DNA of 63,637 nt, filler included, from Babesia bigemina (GCF_000981445.1; 6 parts of 6 records of this genome joined end to end with filler, not necessarily neighbours in it), one strand, 5' to 3'. Positions 22,301 to 33,531 are shown, numbered from the whole stretch's first letter. A program made the numbers and translations. The notes: a model not told the origin generated them from the sequence alone.

Positions 22301-24055
22301 TGCCTTAATTTGATATTGAAGCACATCAAGCTCACCTTTTAGCTTATCCATCAGTGTATCAGCACCCTGTCGAGATTCTTCGACGACGCCGGGCACTTCT
22401 TTCAGAGCCTCAAGTTGTACATTTACCGAAGAAGCGGCTTGATCAAGCGCCGTTTTGGCGCCATCAAATAGAACCATTATGGATGTCACGTCTATCTGAG
22501 CTTCACCGTCACCTTTCATTTTAAATTGATCAGCTGCCTTTTCAACAGCCTTATCTGCCGCATCTTTTATCCTCTGTGTAACATCACCGTGGAATTTGGT
22601 GACGGCGCTATCTAGTATCCCGACATCCACGGCACCAATAGCATCAATAAGTTCAGTGACAAGATGAGCGATGGAGCCCTTCTTGATGTCGGTGACTGAC
22701 TTAGATCCCGGACCGTAAATGGACTCTCTCAATTTGCCGTACTGATTCGCAAATATATCAATTGTCTCCTTGCACGACTCTGTATATTGACGCTGCAAAC
22801 TGTCAGACTTGGCTGTGATTGCTGCTGTCGTATTCCTAAGTGTTTCCATGTCGTTTTTAAGCTGGGTCAACGCATCGTTAACAAGCGGGTTACGATCATC
22901 ACTGTATACTGTGTCGGCAAGTGCAGTAATGTCATTTTTCAGCTTTTGTAAATCCCCTTGAACGTTTACTTGCAGCTCTCGGATGCCATTGGTGACCATT
23001 TCGAATTGCTTCAGAAGCTCAGTCGTGTTACCGGAATCTTTCTTTACGAAACGTTCAATTTCATTCCGCAGAGCAGTGAATCTTTTGGATATCTGATTCT
23101 TATAATTCGTATCGAAACCGTTTTGGGAATCACCAATCAGTTCGACAATGTGTTGATTGGCTGCCGACACAGCACTGTTGATTGACTGAATTTGACTGTT
23201 TTTTATTTTTTTAAAATTCTCAATATTTGCTGCGATCTTATCAAACTTTACATTGAGAGTGCTTTGCACGGTTTGTGTTTTAGCAGATATACGTTTAGTG
23301 AGGGTTTGCGGAATGCTGGTTAACTTATTGTACAGCGTCTCTACAGAATTTGTCACGGATCGGTCAATAACGGATGACCAAAAATTTTGTGCCACCTGTT
23401 TTATCAAGTCTAGTTTAGGTGCCAATTTAATTTCTAAATTTTCGTCAACATTATGTAGAGCTTTTTCAGCTTCTATAATTTTTTCAACGTAGAGACTGGA
23501 AAAGCCTTGCCAATTATGCAACTGTTCTGTAACAATGATTGCACTCATATCAATTGACATGTGATTATTGACTAAGCGTAGTAAATGTTCTAGAGGTGTA
23601 ATCACACTTTGATGTTTTTCATTCACCTCTTTCAACCACCTCGCAACACCTTGACTGACAAGGGGCATATGGGTGTTGAATTTCTCTCTACCATTATATA
23701 GCGCTTGTTTAATTTTATTAAGTGTTTTAGGTAATTCAGTATTGTATTTCTTAAGATTTTCGTTGTTATTTACTTCACTAATTATTTCAAACAAAAATCC
23801 CATCACCCCGTCACACAGCCTGTCAAGGTCAGAGTAGACGATGCCCTGGCCATCGTAGCCTTTGGAAGAAGGGTGGAAGCCTAGGAATTTTTCGAGGCCG
23901 TCACAAAGATTGTTTAGAAGGTTTTTACAATTGTCATTTTCAGTCAATCCTTCAAGACTCTTTTTAAGATTTTCAACCTGTTTCAACTTGGAGTCAATGT
24001 CCTGCAAGGCTTTCTTAGTAGCAGCGTCAGTAAGAGAATGGTCAGTATCAACAAG
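19373..24055 (-). CDS. ves1: Large ves1-like protein, tail type B; open frame has no ATG until the CDGVM motif
   Basis: 1544-aa ORF (track starts at TTG 24007; frame open to 24055); family motifs and C-terminal TM. Confidence 0.8.
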   Translation of the reverse strand, partial: LVDTDHSLTDAATKKALQDIDSKLKQVENLKKSLEGLTENDNCKNLLNNLCDGLEKFLGFHPSSKGYDGQGIVYSDLDRLCDGVMGFLFEIISEVNNNENLKKYNTELPKTLNKIKQALYNGREKFNTHMPLVSQGVARWLKEVNEKHQSVITPLEHLLRLVNNHMSIDMSAIIVTEQLHNWQGFSSLYVEKIIEAEKALHNVDENLEIKLAPKLDLIKQVAQNFWSSVIDRSVTNSVETLYNKLTSIPQTLTKRISAKTQTVQSTLNVKFDKIAANIENFKKIKNSQIQSINSAVSAANQHIVELIGDSQNGFDTNYKNQISKRFTALRNEIERFVKKDSGNTTELLKQFEMVTNGIRELQVNVQGDLQKLKNDITALADTVYSDDRNPLVNDALTQLKNDMETLRNTTAAITAKSDSLQRQYTESCKETIDIFANQYGKLRESIYGPGSKSVTDIKKGSIAHLVTELIDAIGAVDVGILDSAVTKFHGDVTQRIKDAADKAVEKAADQFKMKGDGEAQIDVTSIMVLFDGAKTALDQAASSVNVQLEALKEVPGVVEESRQGADTLMDKLKGELDVLQYQIKAIEEPVNAANAVLDAAISQLQTSLQDAQSTANVTMSLLRSDLQATTNKAFNDLEEHVQKMFAEQKKAELRAVYTSVSNQLSSIKSNIVDDMDTGIKGLMGKLKQTFEERRVYPSDTEMNIFADKLASFFAKFLEEVTWQRDVSSYRDRLTPLIAALSALLSTMHEHRHFSATVSTKLADLHAQLDTLTPAKFAEASPLLNVVKAGVRAFHGELAKQYVSRYSGVEVGEMVKEDKITAYGTKLSKVFLTSLTTLCDDLNPLKKYSGSTWRQDKIYKDTSIGYFLARRGYEVNSEKDKQTGELQDKPGMIGFHIFKFLDKPRGSDNEHLKKCKEEGNEHDEKVTTAATKSPFGVVGILNCLFRHLHQYYTACHLRHIERPKSPSSVYQMLVWLTGLSHNRVFSKVSVSDIGDLFEKPDEDSGEGNPDGLPVLLKDPDTLPAYPQAIAASTLTSTIQKVCVAAEDVLTSILGHGHADGIYAVDFNTNPDGFSYPTAPGACFDMLCDVLNRLYQQLFFLYGQCSNEEPSVSWRDCWYGNQVGGSDWKCNAMQCPNQKGNQIHKQKCNQNCSQIAQCGIKSPLQSFLEDGLPGFLPHSFTKPGCKLTCTLSNHRGIPCRTPMGFADISVTASHRQTGAYLKKVLHDFCGSESAPLTKLCAQLTCLLQKPPQTLGDIFAFYYGYLGGWAADFYGNFGKSNPHTQAAFKQAVNDAYFGEQYGHLDPTSLVSSSKHGDEHSKGNLCSIANCESGSVAPCGLYVKSMTQDITRYYSAEHKANHLSWIVYITETFCDLLKKLYDDCCKKCGPAGSKCHVKSCVENCQVKYTDSTGKPTSLSPTHNHSTYCKSIVNCRDTHPTLYRYGFTFGHPWGLNGSGNNEGSKRTCRDFCEALKKMLAEGSVLIELRKQIDQFLWDIREKFSFTVLALWLLSLLYLIHVMVIRLDLLHIKSHLHSPSSHRIAAQSLLAAARVNKLNRVFYLQP

Positions 24056-24242
24056 TTATTATGATGGTTCAAGAAGGTCATAGCGTTAATAAGACGAAGT
24101 AATTCGAGAGATTTGGAGTTAGGCTGAACATGATGGGACTTGGCAGTGGCAAGAGGTGGAAGAAGGGAAGTGAAGGGTGACAAGGCACAAGTTATTGCTA
24201 TGGTTTATAGAGGTCATAGCGGTATTAAGGCGAGGGAATTCG
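24050..24242 (-). promoter_or_regulatory. Conserved pyrimidine-rich leader between 22-bp satellite and large ORF
   Basis: GAATTACTTCG..CGCTATGACC..AATAACTTGTGCCTTGTCACCCTTCAC; copies near 10562, 17739 (short), 32045-32125, 40963-41156, 45296-45485, 55578-55765. Confidence 0.65.
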
Positions 24243-25880
24243 AGCGATGTGGAGTGGGTTAAGGGGCGATGTAGGGTGGGTTAAGGGGCGGTGTAGAGTG
24301 GATGAAGGAGCGATGTAGAGTAGGTTAAAGGGCGATGTAGAGTGGGTAAGGGAGCGATGTAGAGTGGGTTAAAGGGCGATGTAGAGTGGGTTAGGGAGCG
24401 ATGTAGAGTGGATAAAGGGGCGATGAAGGGTGGTTAAAGGAGCGATGTAGAGTGGGTTAAGGGGCGATGTAGAGTGGGTTAGGGAGCGATGTAGAGTGGG
24501 TTAAGGGGCGATGTAGAGTGGACAGAGGAGCGATGTAGAGTGGATTATGGGCGATGTAGAGTGGTTAAAGGAGCGATGTAGAGTGGGTTAAGGGGCGATG
24601 CAGAGTGGGTTAAGGGGCGATGTAGAGAGGGTAAAGGGGCGATGAGGAGTGGGTAAAGGAGCGATGAGGAGTGGGTTAGGGAGCGATGTAGGGTGGATTA
24701 GGGAGCGATGTAGAGTGGATTAAGGGGCGATGTAGAGTAGGTTAAGGGGCGATGTGGAGTGGATAAGGAGCGATGTAGAGTGGGTTAGGGAGCGATGTAG
24801 AGTGGATAAAGGGGCGATGTGGAGTGGGTTAAGGGGCGATGTAGAGTGGATAAAGGGGCGATGTGGAGTGGGTTAAGGGGCGATGTGGAGTGGATAAGGG
24901 AGCGATGTAGAGTGGATAAGGGAGCGATGTGGAGTGGATAATAATCACCACTTTAGTCACCATGTCATCGCTGCCGTAACCATGTCATCGCTGCCGTAAC
25001 CATGACATCGCTGCCGTGACCATGTCATCGCTGCGGTAACCATGTCATCGCTGCCGTGACCATGTCATCGCTGCCGTAACCATAACCATCTCACCGCTGC
25101 CGTAATCATGTCATCGCTGCCGTGACCTTGTCATCGCTGCCGTAACCATGACATCGCTGCCGTGACCATGTCATCGCTGCCGTAACCATGTCATCGCTGC
25201 CGTAACCATGTCATCGCTGCCGTGACCATCTCATCGCTGCCGTAACCATGTCATCGCTGCCGTGATCATGTCACCGCTGCCGTGACCATTTCATCGCTGC
25301 CGTGTTGATGTCATCGCTGCCGTAACCATGTCATCGCTGCCGTGACCATGTCATCGCTGCCGTGACCATGTCATCGCTGCCGTGACCATGTCATCGCTGC
25401 TGAGTCCATGTCATCGCTGCTGAGTCCATGTCACCGCTGCCGTGACCATGTTATCGCTGCCGTGACCATGTCATCGCTGCCGTGACCATTAACTGCCATC
25501 GCTGCCGTGACCATGTCATCGCTACCGTGCCCATGTCATCGCTCCCTTAACCATGTCATCGCTGCCGTAACCATGTCATCGCTGCCGTGACCATGTCATC
25601 GCTGCCGTGACCATTTCATCGCTGCCGTGACCATGTCATCGCTGCCGTGACCATGTCATCGCTGCCGTAACATGTCATCGCTGCAGTGACCATCAACTTG
25701 GTCACCACTTTGGTCAGCACCTTGGTCAACACGTTGGTCAGCACTTTGGTCAGCACATTGGTCAGCACTCTGGTCATGGCATTGGTCATCGCATTGGTCA
25801 GCACTTTGGTCAGCACTTTGGTCAACACCTTGGTCATGGCATTGGTCACCACTTTGGGCAGCATCTTGTTCAACACTTTA
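24243..25880 (-). repeat. 22-bp / 20-bp / 12-bp satellite triplet (minus orientation)
   Basis: 22-bp ~24243-24940, 20-bp ~24958-25690, 12-bp ~25695-25880. Confidence 0.93.
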
Positions 25881-26003
25881 GTTAACTACTACACAATCCC
25901 ATACAACGATTAATGAGTGATACAAAAGATTAAAGCACAATTCATTAGTTAGGTGAGTAGGTGATATGCTAGGTGAGTGTAGATAGTAAACACGTGAGTA
26001 CGA

Positions 26004-29000
26004 TTATGGTTGCAGGTAAAACACTTTGTTAAGCTTGTTAACACGTGCAGCGGCAAGTAGTGATTGCGCGGCTACGCGATGTGATGAGGGTGAGTGCAAA
26101 TGCGATTTGATGTGAAGCAGGTCTAGGCGGACGACCATGATGTGGATGAGGTACAGGAGGGAGAGGAGCCAGAGGGCCACGTTGAGCCAGATGAAGGGGG
26201 CGCGGATATAGTATAGGAATTTATCGCACTCGGTCAACAAGTCTTTCATATACTGCGATGTAAGTACTCTTGTCAGGTGGTCGAAGAATGAAGAACACGT
26301 AGTGCCATTGATAATCAATTTTTCAGAGGAGGCGTAAGTGAAACCATACCTGTAGAACGTCGGAGATGTTCCTCTGCATCCGACTATTGAACGACATTGG
26401 CAGTAAGATTTTCTATTTTTATCATCGCTAAGTCCGTGCTGGCCACGCTTACATTGATCACCACGGGCACATCCACGGCACCCCCAGTCCTTACAAGATA
26501 TGTTCTGGAAGTCTGTCAGTAAGCACTGCACATATTTCCACAACGTCCATGGTGAGTATATTGCCCATGAGAAATAAGTGCCAGCCTGTTTGCTGACTAA
26601 GTATGCGTAAGTATCGTCGCACAGGGATCGCAAGTATGGAGCACAATGATCCTGCGTTGTGCAAGATGTAGTCAGCGATGTAAACGGCAAGCTAGCTTCA
26701 CTACCGTCAGAGCCAATATTACGATGCTCTCCCTTTATATTACCGTAGACATTGCATAGTGCACTAGTAAGGGTTGCCGGTTGCTCGTACAAGCCAATGG
26801 ATTGGTCGGTGATTGCCTTGGTAAACGCATCCCGAATGAGATGTCTACCGCCATTATTCCAGTGTTTAACAAGCGATAACGTGAAACTTAGATGCTCGGG
26901 CAATGTGCTCGGCGCTTTGGGCGCTAGGGAGAGCAACGATGACAAATGCTCATGTTCAAAGAATTTAGTTAGAACGTCACATAAGTTCTTGCCGATCTTA
27001 GGGTCACCTGAGAAACCTCTGAATCCGAGCGGTGTTAGACACGGCATTCCTGTCTTACCAGTGGCGCAAGTAGAGCATGTGTACTTGCAGCCGATGGAGC
27101 TTAGCTGATGTGGCAGGTGCCCGGGTAAGCAATCGTATAGGTAAGACATTAATGGCGAATTTGATTGACAATTTACCTGGCACTTTGCTTGGCAATTTGG
27201 TTTACAGTTTGGTTGGCCTTTTGGTTGGTCTCTAGGTTTCTCGTTTGAGTGCTCATTGCATGGCCATTTGACCGTAGGGACATCCTTGCCGTAGGGGCAA
27301 TCGCGCCAGCCGAAATTGCTAGCATTGTTGCTGCATTGCGTCAACAAATATTTAAGTGGCGGGAACAATCTGCGTAGGATGTCCAACAGCATATCAAGAC
27401 ATTCCTCACCGGTCGCGGGGTATCTGAAATTCAGTGCGTTGTTGCAGTAGTCGCTAGCATAGAGAGTGTGGGCGTTGCCGGTACCAATGATTTTTGTCAA
27501 CAAAATATACGATTGAGAACAGAGGTGGTCGAGTACGGTGTCGAAATTTGCGTATGTAACTTTCTTCGGATAAGCATTCAGGTACGTGGCTGTTATGTCA
27601 AACACGGGTACATCATCCTCGCCGCCTAGTGCTTTAGCGGGGTTATCAAGTAAGCTACTTATTCCGTCACCTAACAACGTAATATGCGCATTGTTATAAG
27701 GCAGACCGCAAAACCATATTAGCATGTCATTAACGGAACACGGCTGCCGGGTTGCGGAGTGAGTAGCCATGTGGCACACCTGGTAATATATCTCTAGGTA
27801 ATCATGCAGTTTGGTTACAGTACCGGCGAAGATATGACTGTTAATATTATTAAACAGTTTACCATCACGTTTGAGCAGTTCAATCACGTTGGTTCCCTTC
27901 ATCGTGCTTTTGTCTTGCAGCTCACCGTTCTGGCGACTCTCATCAGACACAATAAAGCCACGAGTATTGAAGAAATTACCCAAATTTTTGGACCTGTTGA
28001 TACGATCTCTATGCCAAGCGTGCGACAGATAATTGTCTCTTAAGTGGGCAAAATCGTGATATACTGTCATAAGTGCAGTGAGGCACACCTTAGCCGCCTT
28101 TCGACCGTCATCAGTCAGGTCATAGATCGCGTCAACTTTATTTCCGCCGGCTTCATGTTTAAGGTTTTTAATCAGCTCGCGAACCGTTCGACCGTCATAA
28201 GTATTAACGTATGCATAGCACAACTGTGAGCACAGCCCGTCCAACCCGGCACGTAAGCCATCAAGCAGCGCGCCGTTGAAAATGCCGTAGAACGAGGAAG
28301 GAGGGAAAGTGGTGAGTAGCTGTTTGAGTGCGGCAAGGTTGTCGGTAAATGTACGGTCGAAGTGGTTTGATTCGCGAAGCTTGGTGAGCAAGGTGTCCAA
28401 CTTCCTTTGCAGCTTTTCAACATTATCACTGTTGGAGTTATGCTTGACATGCCCAGTAGGGGACAGTGGAGGGGTCATGGATTGCTGCAAGATGTAGTCG
28501 AAAAACGGATCGAGGTACCAACGGGAGTAGTTGCACGCCGCGTTGAAGTCATTTTGGCGAGGGATCTGAGCAACCATTTCATGGTTACCGTCCATGATTG
28601 ACAGTAGGCACTTTATACCGGACGCTATGTCTTTGTCGATGATGTTTTGGATTTCAGATTTCTGACTGTCCACAATGCTTTTTAATTCTTCGAGCTCCCT
28701 CTTTTTACGGGATGCGTAGATTTCTTGCGCTGTTCGCTTGATATTATTTACCGCTCTTTTACATGCATCAGTGAGGTAGTCCTTAATAGTTGCAATGGTT
28801 TCGTCGGCCCGTGCCGCGATAACAGTGGAATGGAATTTCTCGGCTTCGACAAGGATGCCCGCCAAGTTGTGCTTATTAGGGTTTTTGGCAAAGTCGCCAC
28901 CAAGTATCTTAAGAATGTCTTTGTGAATTTTCTGGAGGCCTGCAACTGATATAGTGGAATCGTTTTTGTCAGTTCTCGACTTGATCGTATATGCCGCGTC

Positions 29001-32000
29001 GTCTTTTATCTCTATCATCTGCTCTAAATCTCGCAGGCAGTGGCGGACACTATCGGTATTCTTCGGTTTGGACAATTCAGCAGGTGGAAGGATATTCACC
29101 GGGGTAGTGCCGTCTTGAACAAGATCTTTGACTGCGGTAATGAAAACGGAAAGTTGCGTGTTGAAAGTGGATAACAGTGTGTCGAAGCTGTTTTTGTAAA
29201 ACTTATCATCATCGTTGCCGTCAACAATAGTTATTTTCCCCAAATGATCGATACCGTCTACCTGATTTTGAATTTTTTTGATGGCCTCAGGTAACTTGCC
29301 TTCGCCTGCAGCGCCGCTCATCTTGGCCATATTAGCAGCTGCTGGTTTGATGTACGTATTGTAATTTGTGAAGCTAGGAGCATTTCTCAGATCGACTTTA
29401 ATTGAATCACCGAGACCAGCAAATCCGTTGAGATCTGGACCACCTTCGACATCTGGCAACTGTTTGTTAAGTTCTGCTGCAAGTGTGTTTGCAGTTTTAG
29501 CGTCGAACTCTTTTTCATATATTGCTGTTAGTTGTTTCTGAGTCAAGTCGAACTTTTTCATAGGTTCAGACGTAAATTTCACGCCGTTTTTATTCTGCGC
29601 TATATTATCCGTTAACACTCTCTCTATTTCACTAGTAACCTTGTCTGCATAATTTGCTTCCGTGCCAGGGGCATGACCACGATTCTTGTCGAGATTATGA
29701 TCGAGTTTTTCAGCGACGCTAAGCGCACTGTCCAAATTGCCTGCAAGGCCGCCTCGGCTGCCTCCCCTGGTTACACCATTGGTGAGTGCAAATGATTGCA
29801 GTTCTTTAGCAACCTGATTGGCTTTAGACTGAAGGGAGGTAAGAGTGTAGCGGACAACCATGGGAATATTATGGTTGTCAGTAGGGATTTTTTCAAAGAC
29901 ACCTGCCATTTGACCAGAAGTGCTGTTGATTTCTCCCACGATAATATTCACAACGTGAGTAGGATGACTAATATCAGGCTCCTTGATCACACTCCCCAGT
30001 CTTTCGGTAAACTTCTCGCAGATGTGCTTGACGTATTCAACATACGCTTTCATATTTGCATTTGCAAGAGGAAAGCCTTTGTCAGATTTGAATAATTCGT
30101 TAGTAAGCTTCTGCTTTATGTTAGCTTTAATGATGTTTGCGATTTTGTCATTTAACGCCGTGTAATTTCCAGTACTACTGTCGCGATGCTTATATGAATT
30201 CATCAGTTTTCCATTAACATCAGTATTATCCTGTACGTATTTCTCGATCCTAGACTTCACCATTGCGTTCTCCGTCAACGTCTTCGTGATCCATTCCATC
30301 ACTTTATCTGCAAACTTTTCCTCACCATTAAACCCATCAGCGTAACCCTTCACGAGCTTCTCTTTGACTCCTGACAGACCATCGCTGTCGTTGAGTTCTG
30401 CGTCACCCTTTATAATTTTTTTAATTTCAGCTTTAATGCCAACAATAATACTTTGAATATTGCCGTCTAATCCTTGCTTAATTTGACCTCTCAAATTCCA
30501 CAACCCCTCCTTGACATTTTCCTCTAAGTCTTTTATCCCCGCTAAATTCAGCTGGAAAGCGTTAAATCTATTCTGTATCCCACTTTTCACTTTCCCCAAC
30601 TCCCATTTCAGTTCTCCGTCCATTTTTTTAACAACGCCGAGCGCTTCTTCGACTGTTGTCTCAAGCTTTTTTTTGGCTTGTATTACAACATTATACAACT
30701 TATCAGCTTTATCTTTTAATTTTGTTGCCGCCTTTTCAACTTTTTCTTTCTCCCTTTTATCGGAAGTATTGTTGAGCAGTTTGACAATTTTTTCCACATT
30801 TCCAATGGCCTTTTTCAAGATCCAATAAGCATTATATATCCAGTCCTCCAATGTCTTTCTAGACTTCATCAATTCCGAATTAACACTCGTTAGTGGACCA
30901 TGAATTTTCCCTTCAAAAGCATTATCTATATTCGTCGCCATCTCATTTACACGCGCCGCGACTTCACCTTCGAGCAGCGTTTTCAAATTGGCAAGTTCCT
31001 CCCGCGCCGTCGTGTTCAACACCTGCAAGTCATTATTTTCGGCTGATTTAGTAAAAGCATCAACGGCTTGATGAATTGAATTTAACGGCGGCGTTAACAT
31101 CTTTTGTGCGTTTTTGTCTAACTGTTTTAACGCCTCTTTACTCTCATTGACATTGGCGGTCATTTTCGTTGCCATCAATCTGCACGCATCATGTTGTTGA
31201 AAAACATTATAGGAACTAATGCTATTAAATTCATTAATATTGTTGTCAATATTTTTGCTAAGTGTATCTAAGTGCTTAGTAACATTATTAGTTTTTTGAG
31301 TTAAGGTAGTATCATACCCCTCCAACCACGCCTTCACCGCGCCGACAGACTCCACAAGCCCTTCACGCCCGGAGCCAATATTAGTATTTAAGGTGTTAAT
31401 AACTGTATTAATGTCTTTACTCTTATCTGTATCATAAGTTGTCACTTCATTTTCGTTTTTCACCGCACCAAGCACACCACTCAAAAATCCCATCACCCCG
31501 TCACACAGCCTGTCCAGGTCGGAGTACACAATCCCAGAGCCGTCGTAGCCTTTGGATTCTGGATTGAAGCCTAGGAAGGTTTCGAGGCCAGTGCAGAGAT
31601 TTTCTAGAAGTTTTTTACATTCTTCTGAGTTATTTTTTTCAGTAAAAATGCTAAGCTGACTTTTAAGTTTTTCAAGTTGATTCTCACGCTCTTTAATGCC
31701 ATCCAAGGCTTTTTTAGTAGCATCGTCATAAAGACGGGAGTGGGAAGATTGGCAGTCATCAATGAATTTCTGATAGTACTTTTCATCATTATTTGAGTTA
31801 TTTTGGGAGGACTTCAAATTTTTAACTTCATCAACTTTCTTCTGAAAATACTGGCAAGTGGACTCATCTCCCTTATACTTAACAGGGCATTCAAGTTTAT
31901 TTTTTTCGGCTTCAAGACTCTTTTTAGCCTTCTCAATAGCCTCCTCAATCAACTTTTTCAAAGCTTGAGACAACTGGTCAAGACCATCACCACCATCACC

Positions 32001-32066
32001 ATTACCATACCTAACCTGGATCAACCAGTCGATGGAGTCAGTCAGAAGGGTAGTGAAGGGTGACAA
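26004..32066 (-). CDS. ves1: Large ves1-like protein (2020 aa), tail type B; longest N-terminus in window (SIDWLIQV..) but TTG-only start
   Basis: Uninterrupted ORF with all family motifs; the nearby leader ATG (~32100) is out of frame. Confidence 0.85.
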   Translation of the reverse strand: MSPFTTLLTDSIDWLIQVRYGNGDGGDGLDQLSQALKKLIEEAIEKAKKSLEAEKNKLECPVKYKGDESTCQYFQKKVDEVKNLKSSQNNSNNDEKYYQKFIDDCQSSHSRLYDDATKKALDGIKERENQLEKLKSQLSIFTEKNNSEECKKLLENLCTGLETFLGFNPESKGYDGSGIVYSDLDRLCDGVMGFLSGVLGAVKNENEVTTYDTDKSKDINTVINTLNTNIGSGREGLVESVGAVKAWLEGYDTTLTQKTNNVTKHLDTLSKNIDNNINEFNSISSYNVFQQHDACRLMATKMTANVNESKEALKQLDKNAQKMLTPPLNSIHQAVDAFTKSAENNDLQVLNTTAREELANLKTLLEGEVAARVNEMATNIDNAFEGKIHGPLTSVNSELMKSRKTLEDWIYNAYWILKKAIGNVEKIVKLLNNTSDKREKEKVEKAATKLKDKADKLYNVVIQAKKKLETTVEEALGVVKKMDGELKWELGKVKSGIQNRFNAFQLNLAGIKDLEENVKEGLWNLRGQIKQGLDGNIQSIIVGIKAEIKKIIKGDAELNDSDGLSGVKEKLVKGYADGFNGEEKFADKVMEWITKTLTENAMVKSRIEKYVQDNTDVNGKLMNSYKHRDSSTGNYTALNDKIANIIKANIKQKLTNELFKSDKGFPLANANMKAYVEYVKHICEKFTERLGSVIKEPDISHPTHVVNIIVGEINSTSGQMAGVFEKIPTDNHNIPMVVRYTLTSLQSKANQVAKELQSFALTNGVTRGGSRGGLAGNLDSALSVAEKLDHNLDKNRGHAPGTEANYADKVTSEIERVLTDNIAQNKNGVKFTSEPMKKFDLTQKQLTAIYEKEFDAKTANTLAAELNKQLPDVEGGPDLNGFAGLGDSIKVDLRNAPSFTNYNTYIKPAAANMAKMSGAAGEGKLPEAIKKIQNQVDGIDHLGKITIVDGNDDDKFYKNSFDTLLSTFNTQLSVFITAVKDLVQDGTTPVNILPPAELSKPKNTDSVRHCLRDLEQMIEIKDDAAYTIKSRTDKNDSTISVAGLQKIHKDILKILGGDFAKNPNKHNLAGILVEAEKFHSTVIAARADETIATIKDYLTDACKRAVNNIKRTAQEIYASRKKRELEELKSIVDSQKSEIQNIIDKDIASGIKCLLSIMDGNHEMVAQIPRQNDFNAACNYSRWYLDPFFDYILQQSMTPPLSPTGHVKHNSNSDNVEKLQRKLDTLLTKLRESNHFDRTFTDNLAALKQLLTTFPPSSFYGIFNGALLDGLRAGLDGLCSQLCYAYVNTYDGRTVRELIKNLKHEAGGNKVDAIYDLTDDGRKAAKVCLTALMTVYHDFAHLRDNYLSHAWHRDRINRSKNLGNFFNTRGFIVSDESRQNGELQDKSTMKGTNVIELLKRDGKLFNNINSHIFAGTVTKLHDYLEIYYQVCHMATHSATRQPCSVNDMLIWFCGLPYNNAHITLLGDGISSLLDNPAKALGGEDDVPVFDITATYLNAYPKKVTYANFDTVLDHLCSQSYILLTKIIGTGNAHTLYASDYCNNALNFRYPATGEECLDMLLDILRRLFPPLKYLLTQCSNNASNFGWRDCPYGKDVPTVKWPCNEHSNEKPRDQPKGQPNCKPNCQAKCQVNCQSNSPLMSYLYDCLPGHLPHQLSSIGCKYTCSTCATGKTGMPCLTPLGFRGFSGDPKIGKNLCDVLTKFFEHEHLSSLLSLAPKAPSTLPEHLSFTLSLVKHWNNGGRHLIRDAFTKAITDQSIGLYEQPATLTSALCNVYGNIKGEHRNIGSDGSEASLPFTSLTTSCTTQDHCAPYLRSLCDDTYAYLVSKQAGTYFSWAIYSPWTLWKYVQCLLTDFQNISCKDWGCRGCARGDQCKRGQHGLSDDKNRKSYCQCRSIVGCRGTSPTFYRYGFTYASSEKLIINGTTCSSFFDHLTRVLTSQYMKDLLTECDKFLYYIRAPFIWLNVALWLLSLLYLIHIMVVRLDLLHIKSHLHSPSSHRVAAQSLLAAARVNKLNKVFYLQP

Positions 32067-32125
32067 GGCACAAGTTAGTATTGTGGTTTAAAGAGGTCAT
32101 AGCGGTATTATGGCGAGGTATTTCT

Positions 32126-33155
32126 AGGGATGTAGAGTGGATAAGGGAGCGATGTAGAGTGGGTAAAGGGGCGATGTGGAGTGGATAAGGAGCGATGTAA
32201 GGTAGATTAGGGAGCGATGTAGAGTGGATAAAGGGGCGATGTGGAGTGGGTTAGGGAGCGATGTAGAGTGGATAAAGGGGCGATGTAGAGTGGATAAGGG
32301 GCGATGTAGAGTGGACAAAGGGGCGATGTAGAGTGGGTTAGGGAGCGATGTAGAGTGGATTAGGGAGCGATGTAGAGTGGATAAAGGAGCGATGTAGAGT
32401 GGATAAGGGGCGATGTGGAGTGGATAAGGGGCGATGTGGAGTGGGTTAGGGAGCGATGTAGAGTGGGTTAAGGGGCGATGTAGAGTGGGTTAGGGAACGA
32501 TGTGGAGTGGATAAAGGGGCGATGTAAGGTGGGTAAGGGAGCGATGTAAGGTGGGTTAGGGAGCGATGTAAGGTGGGTTAGGGAGCGATGTGGAGTGGAT
32601 AAGGGGCGATGTAGAGTGGGTTAGGGAGCGATGTGGAGTGGGTAAAGGGGCGATGTAGAGTGGGTAAAGGGGCGATGTAGAGTGGATTAAGGAGCGATGT
32701 AGAGTGGGTTAAGGAGCGATGTGGAGTGGATAAAGGGACGATGTGGAGTGAATCAAGGGGCGATGTAGAGTGGATAAAGGAGCGATGTGGAGTGGATAAA
32801 GGAGCGATGTGGAGTGGGTTAGGGGCGATGTAGAGCGGGTAAAGGGGCGATGTGGAGTGGGTTAGGGAGCGATGTAGAGTGGGTTAAGGAGCGATGTAGA
32901 GTGGGTAAAGGGGCGATGTAGAGTGGATAAAGGGGCGATGTAGAGTGGATAAGGGAGCGATGTAGAGTGGATAAAGGGGCGATGTAGAGTGGGTTAAGGG
33001 GCGATGTGGAGTGGGTTAAGGGGCGATGTGGAGTGGGTAAAGGGGCGATGTAGAGTGGGTTAAGGAGCGATGTAGAGTGGGTTAAGAGGCGATGTAGAGT
33101 GGGTTAAGGGGCGATGTAGAGTGGGTTAGGGAGCGATGTGGAGTGATTAGGGAGC
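32126..33155 (-). repeat. 22-bp satellite running into gap
   Basis: GCGATGTAGAGTGG with 22-nt period. Confidence 0.95.
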
Positions 33156-33255
33156 NNNNNNNNNNNNNNNNNNNNNNNNNNNNNNNNNNNNNNNNNNNNT
33201 TAATTAATTAANNNNNNNNNNNNNNNNNNNNNNNNNNNNNNNNNNNNNNNNNNNN

Positions 33256-33400
33256 CACTTTGCCTGGGTGCTAGCTTACCACTTTGCCTGGGTGCTAGCT
33301 TACCACTTTGCCTGGGTGCTAGGTTAGCACTTAGCCTGGGTGCTAGGTCAGCACTTTGCCTGGATGCCAGCTTAGCACCTAGCTTAGTCGCTTAGTCATC
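33256..33400 (-). repeat. 24-bp satellite (partial)
   Basis: CACTTTGCCTGGGTGCTAG units downstream of type-A tail at 33532. Confidence 0.85.
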
Positions 33401-33531
33401 ACTTAGTCTCAACGCTATCTACTTCACAGGTTGCCGCTAGAGTAATTCGAGACATTAGACTACGTTTGTCGGTTAGGTGAGTAGGTGAACTATGGTAAGT
33501 GAGTTACTGTGAATTACAAATGTGACGATGA

